A stretch of DNA of 13,770 bases, taken from positions 1-13,770 of the forward strand of contig JAAFKJ010000107.1 in NCBI GenBank assembly GCA_021399395.1. Direction: 5' to 3'. The DNA comes from Candidatus Heimdallarchaeota archaeon (GTDB lineage: Archaea; Asgardarchaeota; Heimdallarchaeia; Heimdallarchaeales; Heimdallarchaeaceae). The notes under the pieces are model-generated. The model was not told the origin of the DNA. It ran no database searches and saw only the letters and a program-made list of their open reading frames with translations. This document shows, one piece after another, positions 1-7,550 of this stretch. Position numbers and translations under genes: made by a program. Position 1 is the first letter of the stretch; every line of letters starts with the position of its first letter.

Positions 1-1
1 T

Positions 2-139
2 AAGGAAACCAGTGAGGGGGTAAAACGTCTTCATCGCTTGGATCTGGGTCATACATATCATTTCAACTCTCGTGGAAAGGTTAATAGAATCTATTCAGAA
101 AACTTGATAATCCCCGCGGAAAGAAAGTGCCACCTTTAA
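2..139 (+). CDS. 3' fragment of an upstream CDS (5'-truncated by the window), possibly a HerA/VirB4-like ATPase
   Basis: Frame +2 is open from the window edge to TAA at 137-139 and reads KETSEGVKRLHRLDLGHTYHFNSRGKVNRIYSENLIIPAERKCHL. It resembles the terminal ATPase-domain segment of the next gene (EEATKIQSLPTQHCFLFSENSESAIRIKTLDL). Confidence 0.5.
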   Translation, partial: KETSEGVKRLHRLDLGHTYHFNSRGKVNRIYSENLIIPAERKCHL

Positions 140-186
140 TTAACTAAAATCAAAAGAAATCCAGTTTTTTGCTTTATTTTTGGGGC

Positions 187-251
187 TTATATATCTAGTA
201 ATAGTATCTTTTTTAGTGAATCACTAATACCCTGTTCATTCTTCTGAGGAG
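187..251 (+). promoter_or_regulatory. Putative archaeal promoter (TATA box), palindromic operator and Shine-Dalgarno site of the ATPase gene
   Basis: TTATATAT at 187-194. Perfect 7-1-7 inverted repeat TTAGTGA-A-TCACTAA at 213-227, where the TSS would be expected. GAGGAG at 246-251, 6 nt before ATG 258. Confidence 0.55.
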
Positions 252-257
252 AGTTTT

Positions 258-3101
258 ATGGTAAAAAAGAAGAATTTTCCTTCAAGCCAGTATAAATCCA
301 ATAGAAACAGTGGAAGTAAGAAAACACGCATTATTAAGAGAATTATACCTTGGGTACTAGTTATTATAGTTGGCTTAGTGTCTTTTGTTTTCTTATTCCC
401 CGAATTAATCAAACTCTTTCCTTTTGAGCCATTGGTAGTAATTGCTGAATTTAGTGAAAATGTTTCCTTAGCAATGAAGGGCTTCTTCGTGACTATTTTT
501 ACCAATGTAGCAGCTTTATCAGCTATTGGTGGTTTAATTGTTCTACTGATCTTAATCAAGTTCTTACCGTTCTATCCTGTAGAAGATATTAATTCCCAAA
601 CTCAGAAGAAACTGTTTCTACCTTTTTACAGGAAGGTGGGAATAGTAATAGTATCCTCTTCGGTGACAAATAACTCTAATAATCAAAATTCTGTGAGTTC
701 TTACGCCAACAGAATTCACCAAGCTTTCATCAGCTGTCTATCTATGAGGAAGCGAGAACGAATGTTAGCTGTATATAAACACAATACAGGAGTGAGTCTA
801 TTCTTTCCCGTAGCAGCAAAAGGATGGTTGAAGAGTAAGGTAGAAGAAAAGCTAGAACGGGATATTGTTTTTGTTTCCAATTCTATTGAAACACATTATG
901 ATTGCAGGATAAAGACTCTTACAGGAGAACAGGCACGAAGTATGATCAAGACCCTTAATCAGATGAAAGCTAAGAGTAAGATAAAATTTTCAAAAGAATT
1001 AGTTACAAAGTTTAACCTAACAGATCAGATGTATAATATCCTTATTAGAAATGAGATAAAAGATGCATGCTTTATTATAAGAACAGAAAAGAGGAGAAAG
1101 GATGCAAAGCAAGTTAATTTTGATTTACTTCTTTTAGCTGAAGACAAGAAAACAGAGTCCTTTATCCTCAATGCCAGTGGTCTAGGTAAGAAGAAAAGGA
1201 AGATTATTCCTTCGAACAAATCTTTCAATAAGTTGATGTTTTCATCTGTCAAAAACAAACATTCTGTTGAGATAGATGATATTGCTACCCTAGTTCATGT
1301 ACCTCATACCTACAGAGGAGGATCTCTCCCAGTCAGGTCAGAAGATCTTCCTTCAGAGTTATCTAACTTCGTTCAGGATAAAGAATCTATTATTGTAGGG
1401 AGAGCTGTTGATGAGGAAGATATAGGACGAGAAATCACTCTAAATGTTAATGATTTACTTCTTAATGTAGAAATTTTTGGTCAGATTGGTCGCGGAAAAA
1501 CAAAAACCGTTTCATCCATTGTGGGTCAATTGTTTGATAAGAAGATTAGTACTCTTGTATTTGATATTAAAGGAGAATACGCAAAATCATTTTCTGAAAA
1601 TCCAAATGTAGAGATCTTTACAATAGGAAGACCTCATCCTTTGTGTATTAACCTGTTTGAAACAGTAGATGAAGACGATATTCATAATACACTCTTGATA
1701 ATTGAAGAAATGCTAGTTTCTTCAAATCAAGAATTTACTAGTGCAATGAAGAATCTTTTTGAAACAGCTCTATTTTTAACTCATAAGGCTCCTAAAAGAA
1801 ATTTGCAGGTTTTCGTTGAAAATATCTTTAAAGTATCCAAACAGCTGCAAGCAAATACAAACATAACCTATCTACAACAAACCATAGATGCTGTTTTAAA
1901 CAGATTGAATTTCATCTTTAATCCAATCAATTTTGAGATCTTAGGTGCAACAAGAACAACACTAGATTTTTCACTTCTAGAGGGGGGTAAAAGTATAATC
2001 TTAGATTTAAGTCAATTTCAAAGAAGGGCAGCTAGACCCTCAGACATTTTTTTAGTGTGCAACCTTATACTAAAAATGCTCTACAGATATGCTTCCTCAA
2101 AAGAAATGACCAATAAATTGAGATACATGGTAATTCTTGAGGAAGCAATAAACATTATTCCTAATTTCTACCATTCTGAAAGTTCTGCTTCTTTGATTAC
2201 CGCAGAGAATAATTTCTTACTAGGAAGAAGCCTTGGAATAGGGCATGTGACAGTTTCGCAGATGTGGCAGAGTGTGAGTAACATCGTTCATGGTAATTCT
2301 GCAACCAAGTTCATCTTCCGTTCAAGTGAGAAAACAGATTTGATAGCTAAAGCATTAAATCTGAACGAAGAAGAAGCAACCAAAATTCAGAGTCTCCCAA
2401 CTCAACACTGTTTCCTATTTTCAGAGAATTCCGAATCTGCTATCCGGATAAAAACTCTTGATTTAATGAAAGATCCAATTAGTTATGCGGAATATCAATC
2501 AAAAATGCTCAAAAAATATGGGCGAAGTGTTTTTCCCCTTCTGTTTAATAATTTTATAGATATGAGAACTTCGATATATCAACAAAGCAATCAAAATAGA
2601 ACAGGGAAGACAAGTAAGGGTGCTACAAACAAAGCAACTACCAACCCACAGGAAAACCTTGATCACTTTCTTGAAAAAGAAGAATTGGAAGTTAAGGCTA
2701 TTCAGAAACCAAAATTTACTATTGAACAAGATACTTTAGACCTTATAACTTCAGCAGGGATGCTTCCAGAAAATCTAATTTGCGAACGTTTGTGTCCTGA
2801 AAAAAGTAGTAATAAGACCTGCTTGAAATATAATATGGCAGCTAAGATAATTAAATCTACAATAATAAATGAATGTTCAACAGAGGAGATATCAATTCTG
2901 TTGAATGACGAAAAGGAATTACAATCTCTAGTTTCGGCAATATCTGTTAAAAGAAATCTGGAATATGATACATTTCTTGTATTCTGTACTGTAAAGACAA
3001 TGGTTCTTGACTATGCTTCAGACAATATTCTTACACCCAATGAAGCTTACACGATTCTCACACGATTCTCTCCTAGATTGCAGAATACTATTAGTTCTTG
3101 A
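258..3101 (+). CDS. Membrane-anchored HerA/VirB4/FtsK-superfamily ATPase (DUF87-like), 947 aa
   Basis: Two N-terminal hydrophobic segments. Walker A GQIGRGKT (1479-1502), VFDIKGEY motif, Walker B VILEEA (2130-2147), GRSLG..VSQ motif and NSATKFIFR are all typical of HerA/VirB4-like ATPases. C-terminal extension carries a Cys cluster. Confidence 0.85.
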   Translation: MVKKKNFPSSQYKSNRNSGSKKTRIIKRIIPWVLVIIVGLVSFVFLFPELIKLFPFEPLVVIAEFSENVSLAMKGFFVTIFTNVAALSAIGGLIVLLILIKFLPFYPVEDINSQTQKKLFLPFYRKVGIVIVSSSVTNNSNNQNSVSSYANRIHQAFISCLSMRKRERMLAVYKHNTGVSLFFPVAAKGWLKSKVEEKLERDIVFVSNSIETHYDCRIKTLTGEQARSMIKTLNQMKAKSKIKFSKELVTKFNLTDQMYNILIRNEIKDACFIIRTEKRRKDAKQVNFDLLLLAEDKKTESFILNASGLGKKKRKIIPSNKSFNKLMFSSVKNKHSVEIDDIATLVHVPHTYRGGSLPVRSEDLPSELSNFVQDKESIIVGRAVDEEDIGREITLNVNDLLLNVEIFGQIGRGKTKTVSSIVGQLFDKKISTLVFDIKGEYAKSFSENPNVEIFTIGRPHPLCINLFETVDEDDIHNTLLIIEEMLVSSNQEFTSAMKNLFETALFLTHKAPKRNLQVFVENIFKVSKQLQANTNITYLQQTIDAVLNRLNFIFNPINFEILGATRTTLDFSLLEGGKSIILDLSQFQRRAARPSDIFLVCNLILKMLYRYASSKEMTNKLRYMVILEEAINIIPNFYHSESSASLITAENNFLLGRSLGIGHVTVSQMWQSVSNIVHGNSATKFIFRSSEKTDLIAKALNLNEEEATKIQSLPTQHCFLFSENSESAIRIKTLDLMKDPISYAEYQSKMLKKYGRSVFPLLFNNFIDMRTSIYQQSNQNRTGKTSKGATNKATTNPQENLDHFLEKEELEVKAIQKPKFTIEQDTLDLITSAGMLPENLICERLCPEKSSNKTCLKYNMAAKIIKSTIINECSTEEISILLNDEKELQSLVSAISVKRNLEYDTFLVFCTVKTMVLDYASDNILTPNEAYTILTRFSPRLQNTISS

Positions 3102-3126
3102 GATAACAGTTCATCTTCTCTTTTTT

Positions 3127-3218
3127 GATAAGATTTAAAAACAAACAATCTTTGATGTATTTTAGTTCTGACCACGTTGACCGTTGGTTAAAGTTTCAAC
3201 GGAAGTGGTAGAGGCTGA
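3127..3218 (+). promoter_or_regulatory. Promoter and structured 5' leader of the rpl1-rpl10-rpl12 operon
   Basis: TTTAAAAA at 3134-3141. Hairpin ACCAC(3171-3175)/GTGGT(3205-3209) plus CCGTTG(3181-3186)/CAACGG(3197-3202). SD-like GAGGCTGA at 3211-3218 before ATG 3223. Confidence 0.55.
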
Positions 3219-3222
3219 TATT

Positions 3223-3861
3223 ATGGTAGAACAAGAACTTAAAAGTGCAATTGAGAAGATGAAAGATGAGTCTCCTTCTCGTAAATTTGTTGAATCAGTT
3301 GATGTTGCAATCAATCTCAAAGACGTAAATCTTCAAGATCCCTCAAAGAGGTTTCAAATGGAGGTTCATCTTCCTCATCCTTTGGAGAAGGAAGTAAAAG
3401 TTTGTGTCTTAGGAGAAGGCCGTCATCTGGTAGAAGCAGAACCAATTGCTTCTCGAGTGATTAACAAAGATGAACTGGACAACATAAGTAGAGAACCTAA
3501 GTTAGCTAAGAAGCTAGCGCAGGAGTACGACTACTTTATTGCAACAGCATCTTTGATGCCAACAATTGGTCGTAGTTTAGGTAAAGTATTAGGCCCTAGA
3601 GGTAAAATGCCTAAACCGGTACCCCCCACTGCACCTATTGAACCATTGATTAAAAACTATCAATCTATTGTACAAATACGACTTAGACAATCTCCTGTTA
3701 TCCATGCTCGTATAGCTACTGCAGCTATGGATAATGAAGCTATCGCAGAAAACGTTTTGGCCGTTCTTCGAAATGTCGAAAATAGACTTGAAAAAGGCTC
3801 AAACAACATTCGATCAATTTACGTTAAAACTACAATGGGCCCCCCAATAAAAGTAAAGTAG
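3223..3861 (+). CDS. rpl1: 50S ribosomal protein uL1
   Basis: RKFVESVDVAINLK, YDYFIA, LGKVLGPRGKMPKP and SIYVKTTMGP are uL1 hallmarks. Start moved from the TTG at 3184 to the ATG at 3223 (MVEQELK), which follows an SD-like motif. Confidence 0.97.
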   Translation: MVEQELKSAIEKMKDESPSRKFVESVDVAINLKDVNLQDPSKRFQMEVHLPHPLEKEVKVCVLGEGRHLVEAEPIASRVINKDELDNISREPKLAKKLAQEYDYFIATASLMPTIGRSLGKVLGPRGKMPKPVPPTAPIEPLIKNYQSIVQIRLRQSPVIHARIATAAMDNEAIAENVLAVLRNVENRLEKGSNNIRSIYVKTTMGPPIKVK

Positions 3862-3869
3862 GTGGATAA

Positions 3870-4880
3870 ATGTCAAATGTAAAAGTTTCAGAAAAGAAAA
3901 AACAAATTGTTGAAAACTTAATAAATGATTTATCATCCTTCCCTATCATCGGTTTAGTCAAGGTAGACAATATCGATGCCAGCGTTGTACAACAAATGCG
4001 AAAAGATATGAGAAAAGAAGCAAAAATAGTCATGGCTAAAAACAGTCTGATGAAAATTGCAATCTCTGAACTGAAAAAGAAGATAAAAGGGATCGATAAA
4101 TTATCTGACTATATAGTGGGTTCTTGTGCGTTTCTACTTACAAATACCAATCCTTACAAGTTAGCAACTTTTATGGATGAGAATAAAGTCCCCGCACCAG
4201 CAAAAGCTGGGCAATACGCTCCTAACGATGTTATTATTCCTCCAATGAATACAGGTATTCCTCCTGGACCTGTAATTGCGGAATTACAATCTTTAGGATT
4301 AAAAACTAGAATTGAAGGCGGACAAATTCGTATAGTAGAGCCATCTGTTGTAACAAAAGAAGGAGAACGAGTTAATAGAACAGTTGCTCTTCTCTTAAGA
4401 AGATTGAATATCAATCCTTTTCAAGCTGGATTGAAATTCGTAATTGCTTTTGAAAGTGGAGAAATTATTCCTGGTGATTCATTAGTCCTTGACTATGAAC
4501 AATACAGGCAGAATGTACTCTGGGCTTATCAATCAGCAATGAATTTGGCGGTAAACTCACGTTTTATTACTAAACAAAGTTTATCCATGATTCTAACAAA
4601 TGCAAACCAATTTGCCTTAAATTTAGCAGTTAATGCAGGATTTCTAACTGAAAAATCATTACCTATAATACTTTCTAAGGCAGTTCAAGGGTCACTTTCT
4701 GTTGCTGGTGCAATAGCAAATGTTGATTCCAGTGCATTGTCTGATGAAGCTCAAGCAAAATTCTCAGAAGTTCAAAAAGCACAACCAAAAGCTTCTGTCG
4801 TAGAAGAGAAACCCGAAGAACCAGAAGAAGAGGAAGATGAACCCGAGGAAGACCTGGGGTTAGGATCATTATTTGGATAA
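3870..4880 (+). CDS. rpl10: Acidic ribosomal stalk protein uL10/P0
   Basis: MAKNSLM, LLTNTNPYKL, APAKAG, NTGIPPGP, LRRLNINP and an acidic C-terminal tail ending GLGSLFG. SD AGGTGG at 3860-3865. Canonical position after rpl1. Confidence 0.97.
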   Translation: MSNVKVSEKKKQIVENLINDLSSFPIIGLVKVDNIDASVVQQMRKDMRKEAKIVMAKNSLMKIAISELKKKIKGIDKLSDYIVGSCAFLLTNTNPYKLATFMDENKVPAPAKAGQYAPNDVIIPPMNTGIPPGPVIAELQSLGLKTRIEGGQIRIVEPSVVTKEGERVNRTVALLLRRLNINPFQAGLKFVIAFESGEIIPGDSLVLDYEQYRQNVLWAYQSAMNLAVNSRFITKQSLSMILTNANQFALNLAVNAGFLTEKSLPIILSKAVQGSLSVAGAIANVDSSALSDEAQAKFSEVQKAQPKASVVEEKPEEPEEEEDEPEEDLGLGSLFG

Positions 4881-4890
4881 GGTGAAAAAT

Positions 4891-5193
4891 ATGGAATATG
4901 TATATGCAGCATTAGTACTTCATGAATTAAAACAAAAAGTTACTCAAGCAAAAGTAAAAGGAATACTTGAAGCCGCTGGAGCAACAGTAGATGAATCACG
5001 CATCAAAGCATTAGTAGCAGCTTTAAAAGAAGTTGATATTAATGAAGCATTGAAAACTACTGTTATGTCAGCTGCACCAGTTGCTGCTCCTGCCGCAGGA
5101 GCCGACAAAGCAGCCCCAGCAGAAGCTAAAGAAGAAAAGAAAGAAGAACCAGAAGAAGATACCGATTTGGGTCTAAGCGCTCTATTCGGATAA
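4891..5193 (+). CDS. rpl12: Acidic ribosomal stalk protein aP1 (L12p)
   Basis: MEYVYAALVLH N-terminus, Ala/Pro hinge and acidic tail ending GLSALFG. AAGGTGA SD at 4879-4885 supports ATG 4891 over the TTG at 4873. Confidence 0.97.
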   Translation: MEYVYAALVLHELKQKVTQAKVKGILEAAGATVDESRIKALVAALKEVDINEALKTTVMSAAPVAAPAAGADKAAPAEAKEEKKEEPEEDTDLGLSALFG

Positions 5194-5236
5194 TTAATCT
5201 TTTTTCCTTTCTTATTTTATTTTTTAATCTCTTTTT
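5194..5236 (+). terminator. U-rich archaeal-type terminator of the ribosomal protein operon
   Basis: Several T4-T6 runs directly after the rpl12 stop, in the gap between convergent operons. Confidence 0.55.
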
Positions 5237-5553
5237 TATTTATTTTTCAAAAAAACATTGAAAGCATCTACGATGTTATCGCATTTGTCTAGGGCATGAT
5301 ATATCTCTAGATGAGAAAATTCTGATTCTTGATTAACGCTTGAACCAAGAGAAGCTGTTCTAGCTCTTCGAATATTTCCTCTACTATCCATTGAGATAAT
5401 TAGAGTATGATCATCAGCATGCATTAGAACGAAATTAAACAACTGGCTATCTCTTAGCTCTTCAAGTTGTTTCTTCTCGATTTTGCACTCAAGCATCTTG
5501 CCACAATGATCACAACTGAAGGTTTTGTGGATGTATTGTTTATTTTCTACCAT
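5236..5553 (-). CDS. Small putative Zn-binding protein (CxxC ... HxxxH ... DxxGxxR), 105 aa
   Basis: FSCDHCGK and MHADDHTLIISMDSRGNIRR. SD-like AAGGTG upstream of ATG. Last gene of the minus-strand cluster, 23 nt after the GTPase stop. Confidence 0.75.
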   Translation of the reverse strand: MVENKQYIHKTFSCDHCGKMLECKIEKKQLEELRDSQLFNFVLMHADDHTLIISMDSRGNIRRARTASLGSSVNQESEFSHLEIYHALDKCDNIVDAFNVFLKNK

Positions 5554-5576
5554 TTTTATGCACCTTGGTTAATTCG

Positions 5577-6182
5577 TTAGAAACTTGGATACTTTGATAT
5601 TAGCTCATCAGCTAGATTCTGTTCTTTATTCAGGATTTGGTCAACAACATACTCGAAAGGTTCTGACACATTACCTGATAATAAACCACTAACAAGAAAG
5701 TGTTTTTTGATATTATAATTTTTCATAAAATCATGGATGTCTTCAATCGATACTTCAACTTGTTCTAAGTCAAGTTTATTTCCTACAAGCACTTCTGGTA
5801 CATTTGGATAAAAATGATTTGCTAAATAATTCCTAGTTAGATCAACAAATTCGTGTAGATATGCAAGGGTCTCAATGTCCGTTATATCGTACACATACAT
5901 TACACCTTTTACACCTCGTAAGAACACATCAATCATGAATCTAAATTGTTTCTGTCCTGCGAAATCCCAAATTTGTAAGGTAACAGTTTTACCTTGATGT
6001 ATTAATCGCTTTACTGTTATATCCACACCTTTTGTCATTGAAATCTGGTCAATGTCGTTTAATTCGCCTGAGTAGCTTTTTGAGATTGTGGTCTTTCCGA
6101 CAGATCCTAAACCCAATACTGCGACTTTTAGTATGCTTTCATTCTTTGTACTGTGAGGGAGCATTGTATTCATCATCATCAT
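5577..6182 (-). CDS. Ras-superfamily (Rab-like) small GTPase
   Basis: G1 GLGSVGKT, switch I MTKGVDI, G3 LQIWDFAGQKQFR, VYDITD, G4 VGNKLDL and a divergent G5 (VSG). No C-terminal prenylation Cys. The exact start is ambiguous among four tandem ATGs (6171-6182). Confidence 0.92.
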   Translation of the reverse strand: MMMMNTMLPHSTKNESILKVAVLGLGSVGKTTISKSYSGELNDIDQISMTKGVDITVKRLIHQGKTVTLQIWDFAGQKQFRFMIDVFLRGVKGVMYVYDITDIETLAYLHEFVDLTRNYLANHFYPNVPEVLVGNKLDLEQVEVSIEDIHDFMKNYNIKKHFLVSGLLSGNVSEPFEYVVDQILNKEQNLADELISKYPSF

Positions 6183-6197
6183 ATCCTAATAATAGAT

Positions 6198-7541
6198 TTA
6201 AAACACCACATTTTTTTGTGGTGATTTACTATATCCTGCAACCATTCCGTGTACAGAAACAGCTGCATATACTGGTTTGTGATTAATAACAGAAAATTCT
6301 CCTCCAGAATATAGTGTCATAAAGGGTATGTCTGTCCCTAGTGCTTCTGCAATCATCTTGTTCTCTTGTTCTGTTTTGTCTCCTGCTATTAACAATCTGT
6401 TACTACAATTAATGAAAAGACCAAAAACTGGATTATCTATTCCTTGAGCTGCTGATTTTGCACATTGATAAGCGGATTTTTGAACTCCTATACCTGATTG
6501 TGTACAAAATTCTGCTATTCTGTCACTTTCATCTAGAATTTCTTCTGGAATTGTTGATATAACGCCTTCTAAGATTGGATGACATACTGAAACAAAAGGT
6601 AGATTTCCTTGATCTTCTGATTTAAGTGTTGATAAATACAATAGCGAAGCGTAAGCAACTCCTTTGAATGCCTCTTCGTATAGGTTTTCAGGAATATCTA
6701 TAACATTGAGGAATTCTTCTTTAGATGGTTTATCATTTATTGTGTGGACATAACTGCTGCTTTTAAGACCGTTAGAAATCTCAAAAGTTTTAGATCTTTG
6801 TGATTTATCAAATGCCCAACTATGTCCAAAATTCAATGTGTCTGAAGAGAAGATGGTTCCTACCATTGCATTTTGGAAAACATTTTCACCTTGAAATTGA
6901 TAACACGATAGCATATCTAAATCAATTGTTGCTCCACCCAAAGTATTGCTTACACCATTTTCTAACAGTTTTTTTAGAATTTTATATGCAAATGAAGTTA
7001 CTCCATAACCGTTTTTGCCCATGTTTCTGTTAATCAGTTTTCCAATTTGGTTGAACATTCCTCGAAACTTATGAGCAAATATTGTATCAAGCATTTTCAT
7101 GCCATTAAAGGCGTCTGGTGGAAAATTCGGTCCTGGAGTTAGGAAGAATCCTGTTTTATTTTGCTTCTGGTCATCTTTGAATAACTTAACAAGTTTATCT
7201 GCACCTTTATTCGGGTTTAGTCTTATATTTGAATACGAAACAGGAGGCTGAAAATCTAATTCTGCTGACTTAAATGCCATTAACGAACAGCCTTGGGTTG
7301 TTGGTACATCATTTGATGTTGCAACTGCAGGAAATGTACCTCCAATGATATTATTTGTACCACTTTCTTCACAAATTTTTGCTATAGCTTTTTCATATTC
7401 TTTCTTCTCTCTATAATTTGGTGTATAAGCAGCAATCATAAAGTCAGGAGAACCATTAATGTCTCCAATTACATCATTAATGATTTGTTTAGTTGCAGTA
7501 TGGATGGATCTGTGACTTGTTGTTCCTGTTGCAATTTGCAT
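6198..7541 (-). CDS. FIST-domain (FIST_N + FIST_C) sensory protein, 447 aa
   Basis: PDFMIAAYTPNY, IIGGT, LGGATID, YQFQGENVFQNAMVG, FGHSW, VHTINDKP, LFINCSNR and PFMTLYSGGEF follow the FIST layout. SD GAGGTG upstream. Confidence 0.85.
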   Translation of the reverse strand: MQIATGTTSHRSIHTATKQIINDVIGDINGSPDFMIAAYTPNYREKKEYEKAIAKICEESGTNNIIGGTFPAVATSNDVPTTQGCSLMAFKSAELDFQPPVSYSNIRLNPNKGADKLVKLFKDDQKQNKTGFFLTPGPNFPPDAFNGMKMLDTIFAHKFRGMFNQIGKLINRNMGKNGYGVTSFAYKILKKLLENGVSNTLGGATIDLDMLSCYQFQGENVFQNAMVGTIFSSDTLNFGHSWAFDKSQRSKTFEISNGLKSSSYVHTINDKPSKEEFLNVIDIPENLYEEAFKGVAYASLLYLSTLKSEDQGNLPFVSVCHPILEGVISTIPEEILDESDRIAEFCTQSGIGVQKSAYQCAKSAAQGIDNPVFGLFINCSNRLLIAGDKTEQENKMIAEALGTDIPFMTLYSGGEFSVINHKPVYAAVSVHGMVAGYSKSPQKNVVF

Positions 7542-7550
7542 AAAAACACC

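Noticed and set aside
236-2729. Antisense ORFs 236-559, 1025-1258 and 2499-2729
   Set aside because: They lie opposite the well-supported 947-aa ATPase and have no recognisable motifs; treated as shadow ORFs.
3253-3280. Methanococcus-type uL1 binding site inside the rpl1 coding region
   Set aside because: GAGAAG/CTTCTC can pair, but the GGAGGC...GCC..GAAAC-type core that I recall for that site is absent.
3830-4869. Antisense ORFs 3830-4033, 4154-4414 and 4675-4869
   Set aside because: They lie opposite conserved ribosomal protein genes; treated as shadow frames.
6032-7033. Plus-strand ORFs 6032-6286 and 6800-7033
   Set aside because: They are antisense to the GTPase and FIST genes, have non-ATG starts and show no recognisable features.
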